A stretch of DNA of 34,124 nucleotides from Candidatus Thorarchaeota archaeon (GTDB lineage Archaea; Asgardarchaeota; Thorarchaeia; Thorarchaeales; Thorarchaeaceae), in assembly GCA_016840855.1 (NCBI GenBank), contig JAEORO010000116.1, positions 1 to 34,124 of the forward strand, given 5' to 3'. How positions within the stretch are numbered: position 1 is the first letter of the stretch; the number at the start of each line of letters is the position of its first letter. Made by a program: the position numbers and the translations under genes. This document shows, in pieces, positions 7,732-16,138 of this stretch. The notes beneath the pieces are model-generated. The model did no database searches. It was not told the origin of the DNA and saw only the letters and a program-made list of their open reading frames with translations.

Positions 7732-8837
7732 GCTGGTTCACCACAATTTTCTATCAAGAGTTCAAGATGTCTGCGTGCAACTTGAGGTGTTATTTCTTTC
7801 TCTGATAACTTCTTTCTTATTATTGGCAGAACATATTCAGGAATGAATGATTCAATTCTTGGATTCGTGAGAAGCGCCCACACATCCTCTTCTTCGAAAT
7901 GCACAATAACTTTTTCTGATTCAAGTGTCCAGAGAACCTTTTTCACAATAGAAATAGGAAGTGCTGTCTTCAGCGATACATCGCTTGCGGAGAGTGGTTC
8001 AGCTCTTAATGAGTCGAGAACCATGTAATTTAGGCTGTCAGCAAGTAGTCGAGAAAGTTTCTCTCTATCTTCAAGAATGGGAGAGTTTGGTTCAGTTATA
8101 GGTAAGGTTGGATTATATCCCTTACCAGGTGGTGGAGGGGAGAAAAATGTAGAAACATATTCTCTGTATCTTTCTGCAATTTCCGGTATGGTATTACTAG
8201 CTTTCTTGATCGATTCTATTGGAGGTGCACGATATCCGAAGATATCCTTTACAAGAAACACCATCTCTGAAGCTTTTCCAACTAATTCTACTTTAACAAC
8301 ACCCGAATTCATTAGAGGCGTCATTGCCTCTCGCAGGTCCACTTCATCTTGAACCTGATTCTTAAGCCAAATCGAGAGTTTTGCGGCTTTCTCTACTCCT
8401 TCAGACTGCATGCGTTCAAGAATTAGTGCTGATGATGGAGTCACAAAAATGCTCGCGAGTTTCTGTTCTTCACTTGTCTTTTCTAAGATGCTTCCTGCTT
8501 TGACAATCTCCTCTAGGTTTACTAAATCGGCATCTTCATTCATTAGTGCAAGAATTAATCGTCCTGATCCTGCAAGACCATCACTTACTAAGTCGAAATC
8601 TTCATCGGCACCGAGGATTGTACAAACCATCCACTTTGGATATTCAGAGCTACCGAATATGGCTATTCTTAAGCCTTCAATCTCTGCTAAACTAAGATTA
8701 TCTCTATTCTCCTTCTGTTGCTCATAGAATATTAGATTCAGTACCTTCTCATTAAGGGTCAGTGTAGAAGGGTATCTTTGCTTAACAAGGAATCCTTGAA
8801 AGTCATCAAGATGAACCACAAATGTTGCTTCTGGCAT
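7728..8837 (-). CDS. uDENN/longin-like domain protein with C-terminal winged-helix domains
   Basis: The likely start MPEATFVVHLDDFQGFLVKQRYP resembles the uDENN/NPRL2 beta-hairpin. wHTH-like segments include LSASDVSLKTALPISIVKKVLWTLESEKVI. ATGA overlap with the GTPase gene. Alternative start at 8873. Confidence 0.65.
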   Translation of the reverse strand: MPEATFVVHLDDFQGFLVKQRYPSTLTLNEKVLNLIFYEQQKENRDNLSLAEIEGLRIAIFGSSEYPKWMVCTILGADEDFDLVSDGLAGSGRLILALMNEDADLVNLEEIVKAGSILEKTSEEQKLASIFVTPSSALILERMQSEGVEKAAKLSIWLKNQVQDEVDLREAMTPLMNSGVVKVELVGKASEMVFLVKDIFGYRAPPIESIKKASNTIPEIAERYREYVSTFFSPPPPGKGYNPTLPITEPNSPILEDREKLSRLLADSLNYMVLDSLRAEPLSASDVSLKTALPISIVKKVLWTLESEKVIVHFEEEDVWALLTNPRIESFIPEYVLPIIRKKLSEKEITPQVARRHLELLIENCGEPA

Positions 8838-8918
8838 ATGCCGTCCCACTCTAAGGAGTTGCAGTATAGACATAAATGTTTGACCCTCATGTAATGCTTT
8901 CTATGAGGTACAGAAAAA

Positions 8919-9305
8919 TCAATGAGATTCTCGGTCTTTCTCGAGATGTACAAGACATACAATGTCCCCATTTGGATTTAGAATCCAACATTTTTCACAG
9001 ACATTATGATTGCACTCAACACAAGTTCCTATTCGTTGATGAAAACTTCCGAGGTTATTCAATTCAGCACCAACACTATGTGTTTCACAATAACCAGTTC
9101 CACACTGAATACATGTGACCACCTGACTTTGCCCACAGATAGTGCATTTTTGATTTGTGTATCGTATAGCAATCTTTTTTCCATTATCAGACCCTGAACA
9201 TGATGGATTTCTACATTCCCCTACACCCTTGTATTCTCCACAGGATTGGCATACTGGAAGTAATAAAGGATCATCCCTTGTCATCTTGTTCACCTTGAAC
9301 ATCAT
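8919..9305 (-). CDS. Cys/His-rich multi-zinc-finger protein (B-box-like)
   Basis: CQSC..CRNPSC; CTIC..CIQC..CETH; CVEC..CEKC..CLVH. Confidence 0.7.
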   Translation of the reverse strand: MMFKVNKMTRDDPLLLPVCQSCGEYKGVGECRNPSCSGSDNGKKIAIRYTNQKCTICGQSQVVTCIQCGTGYCETHSVGAELNNLGSFHQRIGTCVECNHNVCEKCWILNPNGDIVCLVHLEKDRESH

Positions 9306-9396
9306 CGTTTAAGGAAGTAGCGCGCTTGAATATGCGATTGTCTCTCCATAAGAAAGTATGAAAAGCATTCCTATGACTTGAACCATAGGAATCACG

Positions 9397-11730
9397 ATGA
9401 ACCTTGACCTCTGGAATCTCATAGTACCCTCAACAGCTACGAGGAGACTTCAGTTAGCAGGCGGTCAACCTATGGAACAATCTGTGCCAGAGGATTATGT
9501 ATTAGCAGGCATGGTTCTTCGTGCTATTGAAAAACGTGATGGCCGTGAGTTCGAATTCATTCTGAAATGTTATCTACCAGTAGTTATCGCTGAATCACCC
9601 TTCCCAAATCGGAGCTTTCTTGTTGAACTACTCGGTCTAACTAGTGAAACAATAATCAGACATAAGGAATACAACACAACAGCAATTCTTGAGAAACTCA
9701 ATTCTAGTACTGAACTAGAGGCAATCTCAAGATGTGTTAAAGATGCTCGTGATTTGGTTGCCTCTTTGAGAACATCTGAACGGTCCGAGGTAATCGGCTT
9801 AATGAGTGGTTTAATGTCTCGTGGAATTGCACAGGTGCTCGAAAGACCTCTTCGTAATCAAGTTCAGGATTATGAGGTTATTCTTTCAGGTCTTCTAAAA
9901 CAAAAAGAATTCCAAAAATCAATAGATACTCTACAAGAGACTGCCATATCATTAAGTTCTGTTGAAGAATCTCTTTCCCATCTTGTCTATATGATAATCT
10001 CAAAGATTGAAACTACCGTAGAACGAAGCGAGGTGGAGTCTGAGCCAGTTCTTTCAAGATTGAATTTGAGAATTGAGTCATTGCAACGACAAATCGAGAA
10101 TCTAGAATCTGAGATAGTCAAGATAAAAGCATCAACTTCGGATACAAAACAGACTCGACTCGCAGAAGTAAAACAGGCAATAGCAGCAAGACGAGCTGCA
10201 TTTGACAGAGATACGGCTAGACGAAATGAAACTCTTTCTGATATTCAAGGAACATCTCGCTCTTTACTTATTGAACGAGATAATTTGAGTGCTGAGTTTC
10301 AGGCTGCAAATACCACTATCCATGATCAACTCGTTTCTATCATTGATATGTCAGTACCACTATCCCCCGTCAACACTGGAGAAAAAGGCGCACTTGTTTT
10401 ACTACCATTCTTCTTTGCTGGTTTCTCTAAAAAAGGGCAGTTGCAGATTGAGGTCTATCCTATCTCTCAACTGACTACAAATGGAGAGAAAGTAAGTCGC
10501 AGGCGTGATTTTGTTGATGGTTTCACAAGCCCTTCACGAGCTGTGGATGCAATAACCTCCATACTAAGTGAAAGAGCAAATAATGATGTAGCATTAAGAA
10601 AATTCATTCGCGAATCATCTCAAAACTTCAATCTTTTAGCTGTTAAAGAATCAAGAAACCTTATTCTTGAGGGGGCTGAATCCCTAAAGGGCGATGGACT
10701 TGTGAAACAGCCGCTTGTCAATGAATTACAGGCTATTCTTTCAGGAACTCCTGAATTGAAAATTAAGCCACGCATGAAACGTCGTGTGACGCCACTAGTA
10801 ACAGAAGCGGAACTTTGTCGAATACATTTTCATATTCAAAACGAAGCTGGGCGTCCTATTGAGGGAGCTGAGCTTGAGCTAGGTGCGCTCTCTGCAAAAT
10901 CTGACAATAAAGGAGTCATTGTGGTTTCCATACCGATGAGTAACTATGAAGGAGTTGTCCGTGCTCCAGGATATTTCGATAAATCAGTGGAATTTGCACT
11001 TACCTCAAAGAGCGATGCTGCAATTCCAATAATGCTTAATTCACTCTCACACGAAGACCAGCTCTCAGCACGATTGGATGAGCTTGTTGATAGATCGCGT
11101 CGTCTTGATATGATTCGAGATCGATTATGGAGTGCCTTCGAAACTCAAGGAAGTACCTTGTTGAGTATTCCTGCGTATCGATCTGCACTCTTTGAGCTTC
11201 TTGCTGAATTAGGATACGAACCCGAATCATGGATTGCTGAAGCGAAGAAGCAAAAAGGAATGGTGAAACGACTTCTTAAGAGAGATAATAGAACCGATGG
11301 ACTTCGCCGTGATATTTTAAAAATGGCTGAGGAATCTAAAACGTTTGGAGGAATCATGCTTTTCTCAGAACTCCTTGTTCGATTAGATACTGCTGGCTGG
11401 GCGACTCATGCTGACGAGATTGAGCGCATCATTGAAGATATGACAAAGGAGGGCTTAATTCAAGGTCTCTCATCTATCGAGGGAGGTGCGCTTCTAGTCG
11501 AGTTTGTTCCTGTCGCATTAACTCATGATCCACAAGAGATACTTAGCCTTGCTGCAACTCATGATGGACGTCTTAGTATAGAAGATGTTGTTGTAGGACT
11601 TGGTTGGACTGAAGAACGAGTAAGAAATGCTCTTGAGCTTCTTGTTAAGAATGGTGTAGCTAAGGAACAACGAAGTTATTCAAAAAGCACACAATATTGG
11701 TTCCCTGGACTGAGAGGGGGAAAGAAATAA
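9397..11730 (+). CDS. coiled-coil + Ig/carboxypeptidase-regulatory-like domain + ESCRT-II Vps22/36 (EAP30) winged-helix fusion protein
   Basis: The C-terminal ~220 aa mirror Vps22/Snf8 (LGYEP, FGGIMLFSEL, VEFVPVALTHD, LGWTEERVRNALELLVKNG, QYWFPGL). GRPIEGAEL..SDNKG..VRAPGY is a beta-sandwich signature. A long heptad region spans about aa 170-310. Confidence 0.82.
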   Translation: MNLDLWNLIVPSTATRRLQLAGGQPMEQSVPEDYVLAGMVLRAIEKRDGREFEFILKCYLPVVIAESPFPNRSFLVELLGLTSETIIRHKEYNTTAILEKLNSSTELEAISRCVKDARDLVASLRTSERSEVIGLMSGLMSRGIAQVLERPLRNQVQDYEVILSGLLKQKEFQKSIDTLQETAISLSSVEESLSHLVYMIISKIETTVERSEVESEPVLSRLNLRIESLQRQIENLESEIVKIKASTSDTKQTRLAEVKQAIAARRAAFDRDTARRNETLSDIQGTSRSLLIERDNLSAEFQAANTTIHDQLVSIIDMSVPLSPVNTGEKGALVLLPFFFAGFSKKGQLQIEVYPISQLTTNGEKVSRRRDFVDGFTSPSRAVDAITSILSERANNDVALRKFIRESSQNFNLLAVKESRNLILEGAESLKGDGLVKQPLVNELQAILSGTPELKIKPRMKRRVTPLVTEAELCRIHFHIQNEAGRPIEGAELELGALSAKSDNKGVIVVSIPMSNYEGVVRAPGYFDKSVEFALTSKSDAAIPIMLNSLSHEDQLSARLDELVDRSRRLDMIRDRLWSAFETQGSTLLSIPAYRSALFELLAELGYEPESWIAEAKKQKGMVKRLLKRDNRTDGLRRDILKMAEESKTFGGIMLFSELLVRLDTAGWATHADEIERIIEDMTKEGLIQGLSSIEGGALLVEFVPVALTHDPQEILSLAATHDGRLSIEDVVVGLGWTEERVRNALELLVKNGVAKEQRSYSKSTQYWFPGLRGGKK

Positions 11731-11775
11731 GACATATAGCTTGTCAGTACATGGCAATCTGACGAGGTTTGATGA

Positions 11776-12549
11776 ATGAATCGCGTTTCTCATATTGTAT
11801 TTGCTTTTGCTCTCTTTGTAGGTTTGTACTCCTTAATCTTCTCCTTTAGTGTCTGGCTCTCTGACATAGGCACCCTTAGTGAACTTCTAGAATATTATGT
11901 CATTGGTGGGATTCTAACCAGCATTATCTGTGTACCAATTCTTTACTACAAAGCACCTAACAAAGATATGAAAGCAAGAACATCGAGCAATAGAGGCGCT
12001 GTAGGTGCAATGTTCTTTGTCACATTTTGTATAGGTTCCTTGATTGGTTCGATTGTTTTCCAATGGCTCACAGGTGTGGCAATTATTGGAAACATCTCCA
12101 TCTTTATTGGTGCAATTATTACAGTTGCCGGTGCTCTAATGCCTGATTGGGATATACCATTCCTTGGAATTTCACGACATCGGAACATTATCTTTCACTC
12201 TATCGTTTTACCGATTTTTGCGGTGCTTGCAACATTATTGAATGTGGCTAGTAGAACTGGTACAATACTTGCTGCTGGAGCTGAGATTGAGTACTATATA
12301 ACAGCGCTTTTCCTTCTTGGGTATGCTTCTCATCTCTATCTTGACATCTTCCCAAGTGACGCAAATCCACTTGAAATACTATGGATTGCTTCAGATATTG
12401 ACCATAAAGCACCCACAGGCTTGAAACCATTAGGGCCTATAAAGATAAACCAAAAACATGCTCGTAGTTGGTTAGTTCTAAATGCTACAATGCTAGTGAT
12501 AATAGCTGCTATGCTCTTTGGTTGGTACTTCTTTAACCTCGGAACCTGA
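11776..12549 (+). CDS. polytopic membrane metal-dependent hydrolase (YdjM/DUF457-like)
   Basis: Multiple TM helices with motifs SH (N-term), GALMPDWD, HRNIIFHS and GYASHLYLD. Confidence 0.75.
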   Translation: MNRVSHIVFAFALFVGLYSLIFSFSVWLSDIGTLSELLEYYVIGGILTSIICVPILYYKAPNKDMKARTSSNRGAVGAMFFVTFCIGSLIGSIVFQWLTGVAIIGNISIFIGAIITVAGALMPDWDIPFLGISRHRNIIFHSIVLPIFAVLATLLNVASRTGTILAAGAEIEYYITALFLLGYASHLYLDIFPSDANPLEILWIASDIDHKAPTGLKPLGPIKINQKHARSWLVLNATMLVIIAAMLFGWYFFNLGT

Positions 12550-12587
12550 TGATGTCTTTATCCAGTCAAGCCGAATCATGACGGTCC

Positions 12588-12923
12588 TTACCAATCATCA
12601 TCGTCATCGTCGAAATCGTCATCCTCATCCTCAGTATCGAAATCGTCATCCTCATCGTCACTTGAATCGCGTTCGGGAGGAAGGCCAGTTAAATCCTCAT
12701 CCTCATCATCATCTTCAAACAAAAACGTGTCTGGGTCCACCTCAAATTGACCCTCTTGTTGTTCCTCTCCCTCACGCTTCTCTGGTTTTGTACTCTTTTT
12801 ATCTGGTACAGCCATGCAGAGGTTATCAATTGGATCAAACCATTCGCACTCAGGGCAACATTCACCTTTAGTGGTGCATGTTAAGAATGCTCCACATCTC
12901 TTGCAACATTTAAGTTCAGACAC
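12588..12923 (-). CDS. small Cys-rich metal-binding protein with a very acidic C-terminal tail
   Basis: GTG start with AGGTG upstream, 8 Cys in the first 36 aa, poly-Asp/Glu tail. Confidence 0.7.
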   Translation of the reverse strand: MSELKCCKRCGAFLTCTTKGECCPECEWFDPIDNLCMAVPDKKSTKPEKREGEEQQEGQFEVDPDTFLFEDDDEDEDLTGLPPERDSSDDEDDDFDTEDEDDDFDDDDDDW

Positions 12924-13065
12924 TATTTTTGCACCTAAACGCTGTCACTACAATATTCACCCCAAATTGTCCAAATAAGCCTAACCATGGTGCACTTTGT
13001 TATACTTTTGCACGAAATGTCTGCTGTTTCCAGTCAAAGTTAAATGAAATACTTAGACGTACCTA

Positions 13066-14817
13066 TTGGAGCTGTTTCCATTGGATGACTTGGAGCTAGA
13101 AATTCGTAAGGCTGTTCTTGATAATGCTGTAAAGTATGACGGAATACCAACTGTAAGCTCCGTGATGAGTGCGTTACTTGGGTCTAGATCAGACTTGCGA
13201 TCTCGCGCAAGTGAGGTTAAGCAACTTGTTCAAAGGCTTGTTGAAGAGATTACTAAAATGTCAAAGGAAGACCAGATTAGAGAGCTCAAGAAGTTAGCTC
13301 CAGAGCTCCTTAAGTCCCATGATAAAACTGAAACGCTTGAAGACAAAGAGCCTCCTGAACTTCCGAATGTTGATAAATGGTCAAAGATAGTCATGCGTCT
13401 TGCGCCATTTCCTTCAGGTCCATTACATGTAGGTAATGCTCGCATGGTCATTCTAAATGACTATTACGTGAAAAGATACAATGGTGAACTAATTCTTGTT
13501 TTCGATGATACGATTGGTTCAGCTGAAAAAATTGTTGAGCCTGAAGCTTTTGATTTGATACCAGAAGGTTTAGAGTATCTAGATGTGAAAATACACAAGA
13601 CTGTATACAAATCTGACAGGTTAGACCTGTTTTACAAATACGCCGTTGACTTACTGAAGAAGAAAGAAGCGTATGTCTGTGATTGCGATGCCAGAATCTG
13701 GCGTACAGAACATAAGATTAAGGGAATCCCTTGCGCTTGCCAATCTCTGAGTGTAGAGGATAATCTATCAAGGTGGGAGAAGATGCTCGATGGGACATAT
13801 CCAGAGAGAGCAGCAGCAGTTCGGCTTAAAACAGGAATGAAGAATCCCGACCCAGCGATGCGTGATCATGTGATTCTTCGGATATCAGAAACTGAACATC
13901 CTCGAGTTGGTACAAAATATCGAGTCTGGCCTTTGCTTGAATATTCTTGGGGCATTGATGACCACGAACTGGGAATTTCCCATATCATTCGCGGTAAGGA
14001 TTTAGTGAAAGAAGGCAAGATAGAACAACACATCTGGAATATATATGGCTGGAAACATCCTGAGTTGCTATACTATGGTCGATTAAAGTTTGAAGATGCT
14101 ACACTTAGTAAAAGTAAATCCAGCAAGGAAGTTCGTGAAGGTACATATTCTGGCTGGGATGACCCTCGAACTTGGAGTCTTCAGTCACTTGAAAAGAGAG
14201 GTATAGATCAAAGAGCTCTCAGAAAAGTAATGCTGGATTTGGGTCTTAGCATTGTTGATATCTCAATTTCAATGAAGTCTGTCTATTCCGAAAATAGAAA
14301 ATTAAGAGACGCGGAAACTCCTCGTGTTTTCTTTGTCCGAAACCCCGTATGGATTGAAGCTAATGGACTTCCAGCTGACATTAAGATTGCGAAAGTACCT
14401 ATCCATCCTGATTTTCCTGAACAAGGCTTTCGGGAAATTCCACTTGGAGTTCATAAGGGGAAAGCGACATTTGGGATATCTGAATCTGATCTGAAGAAGA
14501 TGACAAAAGGAAGCATGTTCCGACTCAAGGACTTAGCAAACTTTATCCTCCAGGAGTTAAACCCAGTATCCATTCAACTGCACAGTCTCGATGTCGACGA
14601 GGTCAGGAATGTTAATGGTCCCATAATTCATTGGATCCCAAAACTCAATAGCATTCCTCTTGAGCTTACAATGGTTGATGGTTCCGTGGTGACTGGTTTT
14701 GGTGAACCTAGCATAGGCCAGCTCGCTGAAGGAACGTTCGTTCAGTTTGAAAGAGTTGGATTTGCCAAGTTGAATGATATAGGTATTCCAATAAAAGCCG
14801 CTTTTGCTCATAAATGA
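13066..14817 (+). CDS. gltX: glutamate--tRNA ligase (archaeal type)
   Basis: RLAPFPSGPLHVGN (HIGH variant), FDDT, SHIIRGKD, LSKS, GWDDPR, QFERVGF, and the archaeal N-terminal domain. Confidence 0.96.
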   Translation: MELFPLDDLELEIRKAVLDNAVKYDGIPTVSSVMSALLGSRSDLRSRASEVKQLVQRLVEEITKMSKEDQIRELKKLAPELLKSHDKTETLEDKEPPELPNVDKWSKIVMRLAPFPSGPLHVGNARMVILNDYYVKRYNGELILVFDDTIGSAEKIVEPEAFDLIPEGLEYLDVKIHKTVYKSDRLDLFYKYAVDLLKKKEAYVCDCDARIWRTEHKIKGIPCACQSLSVEDNLSRWEKMLDGTYPERAAAVRLKTGMKNPDPAMRDHVILRISETEHPRVGTKYRVWPLLEYSWGIDDHELGISHIIRGKDLVKEGKIEQHIWNIYGWKHPELLYYGRLKFEDATLSKSKSSKEVREGTYSGWDDPRTWSLQSLEKRGIDQRALRKVMLDLGLSIVDISISMKSVYSENRKLRDAETPRVFFVRNPVWIEANGLPADIKIAKVPIHPDFPEQGFREIPLGVHKGKATFGISESDLKKMTKGSMFRLKDLANFILQELNPVSIQLHSLDVDEVRNVNGPIIHWIPKLNSIPLELTMVDGSVVTGFGEPSIGQLAEGTFVQFERVGFAKLNDIGIPIKAAFAHK

Positions 14818-14892
14818 AAGGCCAAACCATAAGCTAAATACAGCCAAAGAGGACAAATAGTTAACAATATTCTATCAGTGTAGTGATTCGTT

Positions 14893-15639
14893 ATGGCAAA
14901 GAAGAAGACAAAGAAAAAGCAAACAATAAGCCCTTCAATGTTCAAAGTCACAGGTGCTAATGCAAAAATGAGTACTGACAGTAGTAAAGGTAAATTATAC
15001 TACTTCGGTACAAAGATAAATCTCGACAAAGCAAAGAAGATAGCTGAAACTGAAAGCGCTGGTATTCTCGGAGTAACTCCTAGCGAGGTCAGTATCGGGA
15101 AACCCTCCATCAAATATGATTTCTATTGTATATATGATGCTGAGTTAAAAGTGGAATTCCTACGACTCAGATCTCAAGACATTGGTGTTACTGAGCAGGT
15201 AAAAGGCGCATTAGTTGGAAAGGATGTTTACACTCCCAAGAAGAAAGGAGATTTCTATTCTATCAAACTAGACATGATTGAGCTATTTGAAATTAAACGA
15301 TCTGATGGCATGATTCTGGATGGTATGACTGGAGGTCCTGCACGTGCATTTGAATCGCTTTTGAAAGGTCCAGGGAAAAAGACCGCTAGTGCATCATGGA
15401 TTAAAAAGAATAAAATTAGTTCTGGAAAATTTAATAGTCTTGAGAAGGTTGTAAAGGTCGTTTCCAAGATGGCTGGGCAAAAACCATCTGGAGCAAAACG
15501 GATAACATCACATTCACTTGTTTTTAAGAAACTAGAGGGTTACTATGTGCCTATCTATTATGTTAGTGTGAGTGCAGGAGCGAAAAAACAAACACTGAAG
15601 ATCAATGCTCTTGATGGATCTCTATCAGTATCTGTGTAG
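14893..15639 (+). CDS. basic hypothetical protein
   Basis: 248 aa, Lys-rich, GTGA SD upstream, C-terminal YYVPIYY...INALDG pattern. Confidence 0.8.
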   Translation: MAKKKTKKKQTISPSMFKVTGANAKMSTDSSKGKLYYFGTKINLDKAKKIAETESAGILGVTPSEVSIGKPSIKYDFYCIYDAELKVEFLRLRSQDIGVTEQVKGALVGKDVYTPKKKGDFYSIKLDMIELFEIKRSDGMILDGMTGGPARAFESLLKGPGKKTASASWIKKNKISSGKFNSLEKVVKVVSKMAGQKPSGAKRITSHSLVFKKLEGYYVPIYYVSVSAGAKKQTLKINALDGSLSVSV

Positions 15640-15646
15640 ATGTAAT

Positions 15647-16051
15647 CTATGTGTCTCTATAAGGAGGAGAACTCCAACCTCCTCCTCCAAGTGTTTCAAT
15701 TCTCACAATAGCTCTTTTTGGAGCTTGGATGTCCTTGGATTGCGTAACGAGCTTCCCGATCACCTCCTGTTTTCATTAAACAAGGCGCAACTACAATCAC
15801 ATCGTTCTTTGATATTGGACCAAATGATAATCTCTTTAGAGCTTGGGCCATCTCTCCTGCAATGGATGTTAGAAAATAACAGAAGAATTGATCTGATGTG
15901 CTTCAAGAATTCCAGTCAGGCCCTTCGTGACTGCCCTATCTTGGCTCTCTGGAGTTGATGGTAATCTGTGCACATATTGTTCACAGGTTTCAGAGCGTAA
16001 CAGAACTAAATCTGTGAAGGTGCCACCTACCTGAACTCCGATTACTTTCAT
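15647..16051 (-). pseudogene. remnant of hydantoinase/oxoprolinase A (N-terminus) joined to hydantoinase B (C-terminus)
   Basis: MKVIGVQVGGTFTDLV...PSTP stops after about 60 aa. Downstream, a stop-bounded fragment reads AIVRIETLGGGGWSSP* (HyuB-type IETPGGGGxG ending). Confidence 0.7.
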
Positions 16052-16138
16052 ATTGAACAATTCCTAGTAGATGGAACAGAAACATGAGCACTTGGTATTG
16101 AGGACAGTTCCTGAATACTTATATTCATCATTACAAGC

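Noticed and set aside
12518-12871. His-rich plus-strand ORF
   Set aside because: It is the antisense shadow of the GAT/GAC-rich acidic tail of 12588-12923.
15605-15958. 117-aa plus-strand ORF
   Set aside because: It has no recognisable motifs and overlaps the upstream gene end. The opposite strand carries the hydantoinase remnants.
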